From the IMG/VR virus record IMGVR_UViG_3300012979_000039, positions 1 through 64,000 of that record: a stretch of DNA of 64,000 nt; one strand, given 5' to 3'. A program made the position numbers and the translations under genes. This stretch comes from a virus (Duplodnaviria; Caudoviricetes). Numbering within the stretch: position 1 is the stretch's first letter; each line of letters begins with the position of its first letter. This document shows positions 27,594-37,952 of the stretch, one piece after another. A model generated the notes under the pieces. It did not search any database, had not been told where the DNA came from, and saw nothing but the letters and a program-made list of their open reading frames with translations.

Positions 27594-27640
27594 AAGTGAT
27601 TATAATGTAATCGAAAAAATAGAAAAAAGTTTTACCTTTG
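27594..27640 (+). promoter_or_regulatory. promoter for head/tail operon with AAGTGATT box
   Basis: AAGTGATTATAATGTAATC at 27594; TACCTTTG at 27633-27640. Confidence 0.65.
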
Positions 27641-27674
27641 AGGTGTTTAATTAAAAATCTTTTCTATTTTTGCG

Positions 27675-28382
27675 ATGAAAAAGAATCTTATTGCAGCATT
27701 GGCTACCAAGTTCGAGGGCGTCGATGCAAAAATTCTAAGCAGGATTGCTGACAGGATTATGTCAGACAAGACTATCGAGTCAGAGGAGGATGTAAACTCA
27801 GCCGTAGAAGAGGTGACATTCGCTGACATTCTTAAACACTATGGTGACAGCAGGGCTACGGAAGCCACCCGAAAAGCAGTTTCTAACTACGAAAAGAAAC
27901 ACGGCATCAAGGACGGCAAGCCGATAGAACTCAACGAGCAGGAAGACGATGACGAAAGTTCTTCTGACGGCACCAAGAAACAAACCCAACAATCAAATCA
28001 GGAAGGAGAGTTGGCAAAACTCCTCAAGCAGATGTCCGCAAAGATGGACGCACAGGCAGAGGAAATCAAGCAACTCAAACTTGGCAAGGTCGCGGAATCG
28101 CGTGAGAAAATCCTTGACGGTGTTATCAAGGACCTCAAAGAGTCACAGAAGAAGCCTTACAGGCGTTACACCCTTGAATCTATGACAGACGAGGAGTTTG
28201 ACGCGTTTATTGAGGAGATAACAGGTGAGGTGGCGGAAGTGGTCAAGGAAAACAAAGCCACAGAAGCAGCCGGGTTCAACCCTCTTTTTGGCGGTCAGAG
28301 ACATAGTGACGAAGGCCCTGACACGAAAGCGACCGATGCCGAAGTGGATGCGATTGTGGGCAAACTCGCAACAAACCTTTAA
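27675..28382 (+). CDS. capsid scaffolding protein
   Basis: Acidic, coiled-coil; first gene of the head operon; YGDSRATEA...YEKKHGIKDGK. Confidence 0.6.
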   Translation: MKKNLIAALATKFEGVDAKILSRIADRIMSDKTIESEEDVNSAVEEVTFADILKHYGDSRATEATRKAVSNYEKKHGIKDGKPIELNEQEDDDESSSDGTKKQTQQSNQEGELAKLLKQMSAKMDAQAEEIKQLKLGKVAESREKILDGVIKDLKESQKKPYRRYTLESMTDEEFDAFIEEITGEVAEVVKENKATEAAGFNPLFGGQRHSDEGPDTKATDAEVDAIVGKLATNL

Positions 28383-28395
28383 TTCGTTCTAAACT

Positions 28396-28782
28396 ATGGC
28401 AGATGTAGTTACACTTAACCGTAACGGTTATTTCGTAGATGACGGCAACGAAAGCAAAGTCATCATCCGTGACCTCGCAGACATCCCAGGTGGTCGTGCT
28501 CTTAACATGGAGGACTTCGACGCTGACGTGGTTCGCGCTGGTCATATCATCAAGCGCACAGTCGCTACAGACTCTTATGCACCACTCGGTGTAAGCAACG
28601 ACGCTTATGTTGAAGCGGCGGAGGGCGAAGAGATTGTGGGCGTTCTCAAGGTATCGGTAACAAAGGAAAGACCTGCAGCAGCAATCATGACCATGGGTCA
28701 GGTAAACGCTGCGGCTTCACCTTATCCAGTGACTGAGGAAATCAAGACTGCCCTTCCGCAGATCAAATTTCTCTATGCGTAA
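28396..28782 (+). CDS. head decoration/auxiliary capsid protein
   Basis: Between scaffold and MCP; DIPGGRAL...VRAGHII. Confidence 0.6.
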   Translation: MADVVTLNRNGYFVDDGNESKVIIRDLADIPGGRALNMEDFDADVVRAGHIIKRTVATDSYAPLGVSNDAYVEAAEGEEIVGVLKVSVTKERPAAAIMTMGQVNAAASPYPVTEEIKTALPQIKFLYA

Positions 28783-28807
28783 CAACTAAAAAAGGAGGAA
28801 ATCAATT

Positions 28808-29908
28808 ATGAGTATGCAGACTTCAATGTTTGGTTCATTCATAACCAAGTTCTTCGGTAGTGTAGTTGGCAAGCTCACTGAGCTTTTCAACGGAAGAAAG
28901 GAACAGTCACCTTACCTCTATGAGCGTATGCTTGACGAGGAGTATAGTGCTGACCTCACTTGGAATACTTCCGAGTTCGACAACTCAATCGTAGCGGCGG
29001 ATGTAGTCTCTATGGACTCTTCACTTCCGCTCAAGAAACGCGGCACAATCCGCACAGCAAGCGGTGACATTCCTAAGCTGGGTATCAAGAAGCAGATGCG
29101 CGAGAAAGCTATCTCCGATGTCGCTGTAATGCAGGCAAAGGGAGTCCAGGCTTCAGATATCGCTTCAAAGATTCTCAATAATGTGCCGAAGGTAATCTCT
29201 GGTATCAAGATCCGTCTTGAGATTATGTTCGAGCAGGCTCTCTCGACCGGACTTGTTCTCGTGGCTAACGATACTAACGACGGAACAGGAGTTCGTGCTG
29301 ACTTCGGTTACAAGGCGACGCACAAGTTCAAGGCCACCACAGACTGGAAGAACGTGGGCACAGCACAGCCTGTGACAGACCTTCATAAGATGTTCGACCA
29401 GGCAGACGCTGACGGTGACACCATCGCAAAGGTAATGTTGTCAAAGCAGTACTTCGACCTTGCACGAAAGAGTTTTGAGGTGCGTGAACTTGTAGCCACT
29501 TCACTCAAGCAGACCATCGTGGACGCATCTTATCTTCCTACTCCTACCCGCAAGGCGACTATTGACGCTCTTGAAGAGGAGTTCGGCTGTACTTTCGAGA
29601 TTGTCAACGGTTCATTTGTAACCGAAGACGAGGCTGGCAAGAAGACTACCGTGAAACCTTGGGAGCAGGGTAATGTTGTCGGTCTTACATCTGAAAAGGT
29701 CGGCCGTCTTGTACATGGTACACTTGCCGAGGATATGCGCAGGGTTCCGGGCGTGGCATATGAGAAGTCAGGATTCATCCTCGTTTCCCAGTACAGCCAC
29801 AACGAGCCTTCGCTTGCCGAATTTACCGCAGCACAGGCTCTTGCTATGCCGGTAATCGACAACGGTGGCAATGTATATGTCCTCGACGCAACAGCAGCAG
29901 CAGAGTAG
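28808..29908 (+). CDS. major capsid protein
   Basis: 366 aa; AADVVSMDSSLPLKKR; GDIPKLG; RLEIMFEQALSTG; position in operon. Confidence 0.8.
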   Translation: MSMQTSMFGSFITKFFGSVVGKLTELFNGRKEQSPYLYERMLDEEYSADLTWNTSEFDNSIVAADVVSMDSSLPLKKRGTIRTASGDIPKLGIKKQMREKAISDVAVMQAKGVQASDIASKILNNVPKVISGIKIRLEIMFEQALSTGLVLVANDTNDGTGVRADFGYKATHKFKATTDWKNVGTAQPVTDLHKMFDQADADGDTIAKVMLSKQYFDLARKSFEVRELVATSLKQTIVDASYLPTPTRKATIDALEEEFGCTFEIVNGSFVTEDEAGKKTTVKPWEQGNVVGLTSEKVGRLVHGTLAEDMRRVPGVAYEKSGFILVSQYSHNEPSLAEFTAAQALAMPVIDNGGNVYVLDATAAAE

Positions 29909-29943
29909 CGGTAAACAGTAGTAACGGATAAAGCATCGTCATT

Positions 29944-30282
29944 ATGCGAACAGTGTGTGAGTTGTTGAGGGCGTCAACAAACTTTCCCGTGTCAGCGAAT
30001 ACTATCGAAACATTGGCACTCAAGCGTGGACTTGACCTTAATACTGCTGTTACACCTGAACTGGTGAAGTCACGGGAGTATCTTCTTGCCGAAGCGGATA
30101 TATACAGATGGCTGTACCTTGTAGCAAACATGAGCCAAGGAGGGCAGTCGTATAACTTCACCGCAGAGGACAAGGAACATTTCAGGATTGAGGCTAACAA
30201 GACCTACATGCTGTTCGGAGAGGACGATATGGTTCTCAAAGATACTGCGAACAGATACGGTTACAAGGGCAGCAGGTTATGA
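29944..30282 (+). CDS. head-tail connector (adaptor)
   Basis: Position; LAEADIYRWL...SQGGQSY; YGYKGSRL end. Confidence 0.6.
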   Translation: MRTVCELLRASTNFPVSANTIETLALKRGLDLNTAVTPELVKSREYLLAEADIYRWLYLVANMSQGGQSYNFTAEDKEHFRIEANKTYMLFGEDDMVLKDTANRYGYKGSRL

Positions 30283-30605
30283 TTATCGAAAACGGAACAA
30301 TCGAGATTAAATATAAGACCGTCAAGGGTATTGACGCGGAAACTGGATTCCCGGCCGTAAGTGAGGATATCACTTGGGGCGGTCCCATACCGTGCCAGTG
30401 GCAGACGACCAGATATAGCAATCTCGGACAGTCCGAAGCCGGTAACGTCACTGTCGCTCATTATTCCATACTGATTGAATCGGAAAAGGCATTCACGGGA
30501 GAGCAGATAAGGCTACGGGATAACTACGGCAATGTCCTCGGAGAGTTTTCTGTCATACAGGTTGAAATCCTTAGTGCGGTCTGTCAGTTACGGATAACAG
30601 TGTGA
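30279..30605 (+). CDS. head closure protein
   Basis: Position; WG..IPCQW; YSILIE. Confidence 0.55.
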   Translation: MIIENGTIEIKYKTVKGIDAETGFPAVSEDITWGGPIPCQWQTTRYSNLGQSEAGNVTVAHYSILIESEKAFTGEQIRLRDNYGNVLGEFSVIQVEILSAVCQLRITV

Positions 30606-30611
30606 CGGGTC

Positions 30612-31088
30612 ATGGGAGTAAAGGCATCCATACCTCAGGCACAGGTAAGCAGAATACTCCGCGAGGAAGTAGCAAGGCAGCAGAAGGTGCTTATAAGAAC
30701 AATGCTGTACTGTGCGGAAGAGATCACGAACGCCGCAAGAACAACCAATTCATATCAGGACCGGACGGGCAATCTTCGAAGTAGTGTAGGCTGCATTGTA
30801 ATCGTTGACGGAAGAATAATCCAAGAGTACGGATTCGAGCAAGTGAAAGAAGGAGCACAAGGGGTCACGGACGGGAAGGAGTTCGCACACTCTCTTGTAA
30901 GCCGTTTCCCGAAAGGAATAGCAATCATTGCCGTTGCCGGAAAGGAATACGCTTCATATGTCGCTGACAAGGGATACGATGTCCTTGACAGTGCGGAGGA
31001 ACTTGCAAAAGTCGTAGTGGAAAAGTCTCTGAGAGAACTCCGAATCATGAAACAATCACGTCTTGAACAGGAAAAGAGTAATAAGTAA
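30612..31088 (+). CDS. neck/tail completion protein (HK97 gp10-like)
   Basis: YQDRTGNLRSSVG; AG.EYASYV..KGYDVL. Confidence 0.7.
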   Translation: MGVKASIPQAQVSRILREEVARQQKVLIRTMLYCAEEITNAARTTNSYQDRTGNLRSSVGCIVIVDGRIIQEYGFEQVKEGAQGVTDGKEFAHSLVSRFPKGIAIIAVAGKEYASYVADKGYDVLDSAEELAKVVVEKSLRELRIMKQSRLEQEKSNK

Positions 31089-31507
31089 TGTCAAGAACTG
31101 CATCGGAAATACAAGGGGATGTATATGACCTCCTTCGTAAGAGCGACCTTGCACAAGGCCTGTCCGGAAGCGTCTATCGCCGAGGATACCGGCCTCGCGA
31201 CAGCAGATTGGAGGATGCGGAGGTGATATTTACGACAGGTACTCCGGGAGAGATTGAGTCAGGAGTTGTGACCATCAACATCTACTGCCCTGACATAGAC
31301 CCGTATAACAACGGAGTCATGGTTGAAAATGGGCAGAGGATAAGCGAGATAGAAAAGGCCGCAGATAACTGGGTAAAAACCCTTGTAGCGAGCCGAAGCA
31401 ATTACCTGTTCTCACTCAAGCAGACTATTCATTCCGTTGCGGACCGAGAGGTAAAGCAGCATTTCGTGGTTATCCGGCTCTATTACCGTTACTACAACGG
31501 CAGGTAA
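31088..31507 (+). CDS. tail terminator protein
   Basis: Position before the tail tube gene; V.INIYCPDI. Confidence 0.6.
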   Translation: MSRTASEIQGDVYDLLRKSDLAQGLSGSVYRRGYRPRDSRLEDAEVIFTTGTPGEIESGVVTINIYCPDIDPYNNGVMVENGQRISEIEKAADNWVKTLVASRSNYLFSLKQTIHSVADREVKQHFVVIRLYYRYYNGR

Positions 31508-31543
31508 CTAACAACAAAGTTCAATTCATAAAGTCAATAAATC

Positions 31544-32014
31544 ATGGCAGTTATTGGATGGGGAAAATGTAGGATTTTCATCGCTGCTCTTGGCGAGTCA
31601 GGTTCGCCAGGTTCATGGAGTGAGGTTCCTACCCCCGTAGAAAATTCGACAACCCTTACTACAACAAAGGGTGACAAGAAGGAGGCAAAACTCGAAGGAG
31701 GAGCCAACGAGGATGTGAAGTACGGTAGAAATACGTACGCACTCTCTTATACTATCCGTGTCGCAAAGAATAAGAGTATGCCTTTCACATATGTGGACGG
31801 AGTGGTAGAGGGAGAGTATGCCGTAGCGGTTCAGCCGGAAGACCCTGCTGTTCCGGGCATCATGATCTCGAAGTCGGTTGTGTCTGCCGAAGACACATTC
31901 TCTACTGACGAGGGTGGTGCCGTTGTGTTCACCCACGACGCACTCCAGCCTGACGATGACAAGCAGAGTCAGGTTCAGTGGCAGGTTATCTCAAACCTCG
32001 CAGGAGGAGAATAG
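31544..32014 (+). CDS. major tail tube protein
   Basis: WGKC.I; TTLTTTKGDK.EAK.EGG; AVAVQPEDP. Confidence 0.7.
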   Translation: MAVIGWGKCRIFIAALGESGSPGSWSEVPTPVENSTTLTTTKGDKKEAKLEGGANEDVKYGRNTYALSYTIRVAKNKSMPFTYVDGVVEGEYAVAVQPEDPAVPGIMISKSVVSAEDTFSTDEGGAVVFTHDALQPDDDKQSQVQWQVISNLAGGE

Positions 32015-32095
32015 CATACGGGCGGGCTGCGGCCTTGACAGCAGCACAAGTGGGGAACGGAGTGAAATCCGTTCCTCGCACCATTTCAAACCAGT

Positions 32096-32797
32096 ATGGA
32101 GCCAAGGGAGATTCATAACAGACTCGCAGACGCCATCATAGAGAGGCCGGTATCCTTTTCCGTCAACGGGGAAAGGATGTTTCTATATCCGGCTACCCTT
32201 GGCAAGATATACCTTACTGCATCCATTCTCGATTCGCTGTCACTCATTCAGGAAGCACTCAAAGAGGACATCTACGCGGAGTCTCTGCGTGTGTGCAAGA
32301 AGCACAGGAATGAAGTTGCACGACTGATTGCCTTATATACCGTCAGGACAAGGGAGGACCATTTCGATGACTCCCTCATAAGCGGACGGGCAGCCTCACT
32401 TGCGGAACTTGATGACGAAGAACTTGCGACGCTCCTTGTCATGGTTCTGACGATGGATGTGTCTGACGAACTCATATCGGCATACGGCATAGACAAGGAG
32501 AGGGATACTGTCAGAAGGATAGTGCGGTATAAGAGCGAGAAGGGAAGCCTCTCATTCTGTGGAAGGACCATCTACGGAACCATGATAGACTCTGCCTGTG
32601 AGAGGTACGGGTGGACATTAGACTATGTGGTCTGGGGCATATCGTTCACCAACCTCAAGATGATGACGGCTGACGCTACCGTTTCCATGTATCTGAGCCC
32701 GGATGACCAGAGGAAGCTCCATGTGTCGGCTGACCGTGAGGTGATAGATGCAACTGACCCGAAGAATTTTGAAAAGATAAGACAAATCCTTGAATAG
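32096..32797 (+). CDS. tail assembly chaperone
   Basis: Between tube and tape measure; LYPATLGK; ERYGWTLDYVVWGISFTNL.M. Confidence 0.65.
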   Translation: MEPREIHNRLADAIIERPVSFSVNGERMFLYPATLGKIYLTASILDSLSLIQEALKEDIYAESLRVCKKHRNEVARLIALYTVRTREDHFDDSLISGRAASLAELDDEELATLLVMVLTMDVSDELISAYGIDKERDTVRRIVRYKSEKGSLSFCGRTIYGTMIDSACERYGWTLDYVVWGISFTNLKMMTADATVSMYLSPDDQRKLHVSADREVIDATDPKNFEKIRQILE

Positions 32798-32799
32798 AC

Positions 32800-35700
32800 A
32801 TGGCTGGACTTGAGTTTCATATTACGGCAGAGAACCGTGACTTCATCAACAAGGTGCGTCAGATGCAGGACGCAATGAAGGAAGCATCATCCAAGATTGA
32901 ATCGGAGGGTGATGCCATTGATGGTGTCCTCAGGAAGATAGGACAGGCGGCCGCTGCAATGGGAGTGGGATTCTCCGCACAGAAACTGATTAGCGACATC
33001 GTTAGGGTGCGAGGTGAGTTCCAGCAGTTGGAGATTGCCATGGAGACCATGCTCGGCAGTCAGGAGAAGGCTACGGCACTCATGACGCAGTTGACGCAGA
33101 CAGCGGCCAAGACACCTTTCGGACTGACGGACATAGCACAGGGTGCAAAGCAGTTGCTCGCCTACGGAACTGCATCGGAGAATGTAAACGAGACCCTTGT
33201 CAGACTCGGAAACATCGCATCAGGTCTTTCCATTCCGTTGAATGACCTTGTATATCTCTATGGAACCACCATGACGCAGGGACGCCTCTTCACGCAGGAC
33301 TTGCGTCAGTTCATGGGACGAGGTATCCCGTTGGCTGACGAACTGGCAAAGCAGTTCGGAGTGGCGAAGAGTGCGGTGGGAGAACTCGTGACCGCAGGAA
33401 AGGTCGGATTCCCGGAGGTACAGAAAGCCATCGAGGCCATGACCAACGAAGGCGGCCAGTTCTTCAACCTCATGGAGAAGCAGTCATCATCCCTCACAGG
33501 ACAGATTAGTAATCTGGAAGACGCTTGGGATATGATGCTGAACGAGATCGGAACAAAGACACAAGGCGTTGCATCTGCGGCAATACAAGGTGTTTCTTCC
33601 CTTATAGAGAACTATGAAAGGGTTGGCAAGGTAGTGATGGACATCGCGGTCGCTTACGGCAGTTACAAGGCCGCTACGGTGGCTGTGTCGCTTGTCCAGA
33701 AGATTAACACGCTTGTAATGGAGGAAGCCTCTGTACAGATAGCCTTGGCTGCCGCACAGCACCACAACCTGTCTCTTGCCCAAGCGAAGTCCGCGGCTTC
33801 TACTGTCATTCTCACACGTGCCAAGCAGAAGTTGATAGGAGTGATGAAAGGAGTCGGAAAGGCCTTGACCAATCCTTATGTCCTTGCAACGGCAGCCGTT
33901 GCCGGACTTGCATTCGGCGTGTATAAACTCATTACCTATCAGACGGATGCCGAGAAGGCGCAGAAGAGACTCAACAAGGCATTCGGTGAAGCGTCTGCAT
34001 CCGCAGGTGCTGAGATTCGTGAACTAGACATCCTGAAAGGAAGACTGGCCGCCGCCAAGAAGGGTTCAGTGGAGTATCAGGAGATAAAGGATGAGATTGT
34101 AAGCAAGTACGGCAAGTATGACGAGAACCTTGATGCGGAGATAACCAAGGTAGGTGACCTTACCACCGTCTACGACAACCTTACGACAGCCATTCAGAAT
34201 GCTGCCAACGCGAGAATGTACGAAAAGTACGTCAGCGAAGAGCAGGAGACATATGACAAGGATGTATCCACAAAACTGGAGAAGATTCAGAACAAACTCT
34301 ACGGCAAGAAGGGAATAGATACCGATGCCGCATCGGAAGCGTATTCCAAGATATGGAAGCATATCTTCCAAGGCGAGGAGTTGGACGAAGAGACCGAGGC
34401 GATCATAGCGAAGTTCGACAAAGTCCATAGAGTTGTTCAGGAAGATGGAAGCGTTTTCAAGTATACTACGAATAGTGTAAAAACTCTCATAGGAGGAGTC
34501 CAAGACCTGAATAAAGAATACGACTCATACATTGATAGTGCAAGGGAGAGGTTCGGTCAGGGTGCCTTGGAATCCGACTTCATGAGGGGTGTCAAGAAAC
34601 TCGACAAGCAGCAACTTGAAGACTTGAAGGCGCAACTTGACGAGGGATTGGAGAAATTCAAGGAGACTGGCCAGGGACAGTCGTTCAGCCTTGTCTCAGG
34701 CGAGAAGATTACGCTCGCTACAGAGCAGGAGATAAAGGACGCAATCGGAAGCGTAGACGCCTTCCTTGCAAAGTTAAAGCCGAAGCCAACGGACCCTGAA
34801 CCAGTAGATGAGGACGCCATCAAAAAGGCAAAGAAAGTCGAGAAGAAGGTTGATGAGGATGCATCAAAAGCATTGTTTGAACTCAAGAAGGCTCAGACAG
34901 AAGATGAAATCAAACTCATTGAACTGGAAAAGGAAAGGAAGATTGACGCTCTGAAAGAGGAGCTGGAAGCATACAGGGCAATCTACGAGGCTGCCGGAAT
35001 GGATACCGCTGCCCTTGAAAAGAACTTCGCCACTATGATTGAGGTGGAGGAGAAGATGGCCGCCATAGATATAGCCAAGGTCAAGAAGGAAAAGGATTCC
35101 GAAAGGAAAGCCAAGGAAGCCGAAGAGCATGTGCAGGACCTGCTTGAGACCTATCGTTCATACGAAGATGAGAAGCTTGCACTCAAACGGTCTTACAACA
35201 TGGATACCGCCGTACTCCTTAACAAGTATTTGCAGACGGGAGATGAGCAGTATATGCGTTCCATCGAGGAAAGAAGGAAGGCTTACGTAAAGGCTCTCAA
35301 TCAGCTAGAGAGGGAGATGGGTGGAAGTGACTATCAGCTAGTATTCGGAGACCCGTCCAAGATGACATCGGAAACCATCAGTAAAGCTCTTGATGTCGCG
35401 AAGAAGAAACTGAAGGAGATGGACAAGGAAGCCGACCCGGAATCATATCAGGCTCTTGTGGAGGCGATAGACAGGCTGGAATCGGCCCGTGACACCAATC
35501 CTTTCGAGGGTTGGGATACATCCGTCATGGGATTGATTCAGAGACTGTATCAGATTAAGAAGATTAGGGAAGATATTGCAGACGCGGAGTCCCGTGGAGA
35601 TGACAAGGCCATTGAGAACTACACTGCGAAGTTGGAATCGTCTAAAAAAGACCTTCGTAATGCCCTGATAGGCACGGGTGCCGATGCCTTTGCCAACAGC

Positions 35701-37104
35701 CTCTCCCAAGCAGCAGATGCAATGGCTAAGGTTGCGGAGATATCAGGTGATGTCCAGCTAACAGAAGCGGCAGAGCAGTTGGGAGCATTCTCGCAGAACC
35801 TCTCGGCGGCCGCACAGGGTGCATCTTCCGGCGGATGGATTGGTGCTATTGTAGGAGGTGTGACGGATATGATTTCACAGACTGTGCAGGCATTCACAGA
35901 AGCCAAGGTTCAGGCTGCGGAGGCCGCCGAGAACGCATCTGATTATAGACGGCAGATTGAAATGCTCAAGTATGTGATTGACGAGGCGGACTTCACATCT
36001 GTTTTCGGAGTTGATGAGATGGCAAAGTCCGTTGATGCTTTGGAGAAGGCTTCCCTTGCTGCGGCCGACTATGAGGCGATGATGGCAGAACTGTCATCCA
36101 ATACTCTTACTACATTGTACGAGAAACAGACCCAAAGTAATTCGATAGGTGCTGCAATCTTCGGCGGTTCGTGGGGTTCTCTAAGAAAGGTGGTAAGCAA
36201 TGAGTTCAAGGGTGCATTGGAAGCGTATGAGAAGGGATACTCCCAGTTGGAAGCCATGCAGGTAAAGACCGCAGATTACAGCGGTTGGGCTAACTTCTGG
36301 GGGAAGAAAGACGAGTACACCGCACTAAAAGACCTCGCTCCTGACTTGTGGGGTGCTGACGGAGTGTTCAGCGTGGAGAATGCAAAAGTGTTCCTCGAAA
36401 CCAACACTCAGCTCAATGAAGAGCAGCGTGAGCAGATTCAGAACATCATAGACATGAAGGACGCATATGACGAGGCCACCAAGGTCGTTGACGACTATCT
36501 TGAAAGCCTCTACGGCTCTTGGGGTTCAGACCTTTCAGAAGCAATATCAGATGCTGTCGTGTCAGGTGCGGACGCATGGGATGTCTTTGACGACAAGGCG
36601 TCAGAGGTAATCAAGAACATAGGAAAGCAGATGATATACAATGCCTTCTTCAAGGACATCATGGACTCATATCAGGAAAGTCTGAGGTCAGCGGTCGGAG
36701 ACCCGGAGGCAATGGCTGTCGTTACAGGGCAGTTAGTGGAAAGCCTCAAGAACACCTACACGGCCGCTACGGATGCGACGAAACAGTTCTATGACTATGC
36801 CAAGGATGTTGCAGGAATAGATGTATACGAAGACTCCGAGGCAAGAGAATCTTACAAGAAAAGCGGTATAACTGCATCGCAGGACAGTGTTGACCGTGTG
36901 GACGCAAGGCTGACTACCATGCAGGGACACACTTACACTATCAGTGAGGAATGCCGCAAGACATCGGCTTACAGTTCGCAGATGCTCATGAGGCTGACCG
37001 CCATTGAGAAGAATACCTCATATCTCGCTGCTATCAGTCAGGATCTTGCTTCAATGAGCAGCGACATCAATGACATTAAGAACAAAGGAGTGGTGATGCT
37101 ATGA
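32800..37104 (+). CDS. tape measure protein
   Basis: 1434 aa helical; TAAKTPF...AKQLLAYG; QGRL..QDLRQF..RGIP. Confidence 0.9.
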   Translation: MAGLEFHITAENRDFINKVRQMQDAMKEASSKIESEGDAIDGVLRKIGQAAAAMGVGFSAQKLISDIVRVRGEFQQLEIAMETMLGSQEKATALMTQLTQTAAKTPFGLTDIAQGAKQLLAYGTASENVNETLVRLGNIASGLSIPLNDLVYLYGTTMTQGRLFTQDLRQFMGRGIPLADELAKQFGVAKSAVGELVTAGKVGFPEVQKAIEAMTNEGGQFFNLMEKQSSSLTGQISNLEDAWDMMLNEIGTKTQGVASAAIQGVSSLIENYERVGKVVMDIAVAYGSYKAATVAVSLVQKINTLVMEEASVQIALAAAQHHNLSLAQAKSAASTVILTRAKQKLIGVMKGVGKALTNPYVLATAAVAGLAFGVYKLITYQTDAEKAQKRLNKAFGEASASAGAEIRELDILKGRLAAAKKGSVEYQEIKDEIVSKYGKYDENLDAEITKVGDLTTVYDNLTTAIQNAANARMYEKYVSEEQETYDKDVSTKLEKIQNKLYGKKGIDTDAASEAYSKIWKHIFQGEELDEETEAIIAKFDKVHRVVQEDGSVFKYTTNSVKTLIGGVQDLNKEYDSYIDSARERFGQGALESDFMRGVKKLDKQQLEDLKAQLDEGLEKFKETGQGQSFSLVSGEKITLATEQEIKDAIGSVDAFLAKLKPKPTDPEPVDEDAIKKAKKVEKKVDEDASKALFELKKAQTEDEIKLIELEKERKIDALKEELEAYRAIYEAAGMDTAALEKNFATMIEVEEKMAAIDIAKVKKEKDSERKAKEAEEHVQDLLETYRSYEDEKLALKRSYNMDTAVLLNKYLQTGDEQYMRSIEERRKAYVKALNQLEREMGGSDYQLVFGDPSKMTSETISKALDVAKKKLKEMDKEADPESYQALVEAIDRLESARDTNPFEGWDTSVMGLIQRLYQIKKIREDIADAESRGDDKAIENYTAKLESSKKDLRNALIGTGADAFANSLSQAADAMAKVAEISGDVQLTEAAEQLGAFSQNLSAAAQGASSGGWIGAIVGGVTDMISQTVQAFTEAKVQAAEAAENASDYRRQIEMLKYVIDEADFTSVFGVDEMAKSVDALEKASLAAADYEAMMAELSSNTLTTLYEKQTQSNSIGAAIFGGSWGSLRKVVSNEFKGALEAYEKGYSQLEAMQVKTADYSGWANFWGKKDEYTALKDLAPDLWGADGVFSVENAKVFLETNTQLNEEQREQIQNIIDMKDAYDEATKVVDDYLESLYGSWGSDLSEAISDAVVSGADAWDVFDDKASEVIKNIGKQMIYNAFFKDIMDSYQESLRSAVGDPEAMAVVTGQLVESLKNTYTAATDATKQFYDYAKDVAGIDVYEDSEARESYKKSGITASQDSVDRVDARLTTMQGHTYTISEECRKTSAYSSQMLMRLTAIEKNTSYLAAISQDLASMSSDINDIKNKGVVML

Positions 37105-37952
37105 CAGGGAGTATAATCATAAGCGGCAAAGACATCAAGAGTGCATACGGAGCCTATCTGGTTGACGGGGCACTCTCCGACCTTCCCTGCTTCCCTGACA
37201 TGAAGGAGCCGGAAAGGAACGACTGGTACGAGGAGGACGGAATAGAGGTAGACCTTGAGAAGCCTTGCGTTGAGTCACATGAGATGACCGTCTCGATGAT
37301 GATGCCCGGCTCTCTTGGGAATGTGTCCAGTCTCATGGAGTATGTCAGGTCCGCAAGATTCCACGATGTGGAGTTCAGCGAGGCAGGAAGGTCAAGGAAA
37401 CTGAGGCTTGTATCAATGATGGCTACGGGACTATCGATGGGCCTTTTCGGCATAGACATCACCCTTGCAGACGAGTCTCCGCTTGAAGGACTGTCGGGAG
37501 GGGATGTTACATCATCTTCAAGGCAATGCGGCCTTGCTATGGACGGTGTAGACCTCTGTGCATACGGCATACTGCTCAACGGCAACGCAGACCATCTGTG
37601 GCCTTCTGCCGAGGTGAAGGACAACATACTAGCGGAGTCGGACTTCATCAACGGAGAGAAGCATTACGATGAGATGGAAGAGGCAGAGGATGATAGGATG
37701 AAGGTAACGGTACACAGTGACGACATCAAGGTAGGATGCGTCATGATATCTAAGTCCATCACAGAGTTTTGGAGAAAGAGGGATGCCCTTTTGACTGCTC
37801 TTGTAGCCCCTGGTGAAAGGACTCTTTCGTACATGGGAAGGTCGTACAAGGCATATTATAAGAACTGCAACTCATCGCTCTTTGACTACAGCGGTGGAAA
37901 GAAGTGGTGGGAGTTCGAACTGACATTCGGATATATAGGTGAAGTGATATGA
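37101..37952 (+). CDS. distal tail/baseplate hub (Dit-like)
   Basis: Follows TMP; tandem-domain layout; NDWYEEDGIEVDL. Confidence 0.6.
   Translation: MTGSIIISGKDIKSAYGAYLVDGALSDLPCFPDMKEPERNDWYEEDGIEVDLEKPCVESHEMTVSMMMPGSLGNVSSLMEYVRSARFHDVEFSEAGRSRKLRLVSMMATGLSMGLFGIDITLADESPLEGLSGGDVTSSSRQCGLAMDGVDLCAYGILLNGNADHLWPSAEVKDNILAESDFINGEKHYDEMEEAEDDRMKVTVHSDDIKVGCVMISKSITEFWRKRDALLTALVAPGERTLSYMGRSYKAYYKNCNSSLFDYSGGKKWWEFELTFGYIGEVI

Noticed and set aside
32096-32797. Programmed -1 frameshift in the tail chaperone
   Set aside because: A single 233-aa ORF fills the space up to the tape measure gene; no frameshift is needed.
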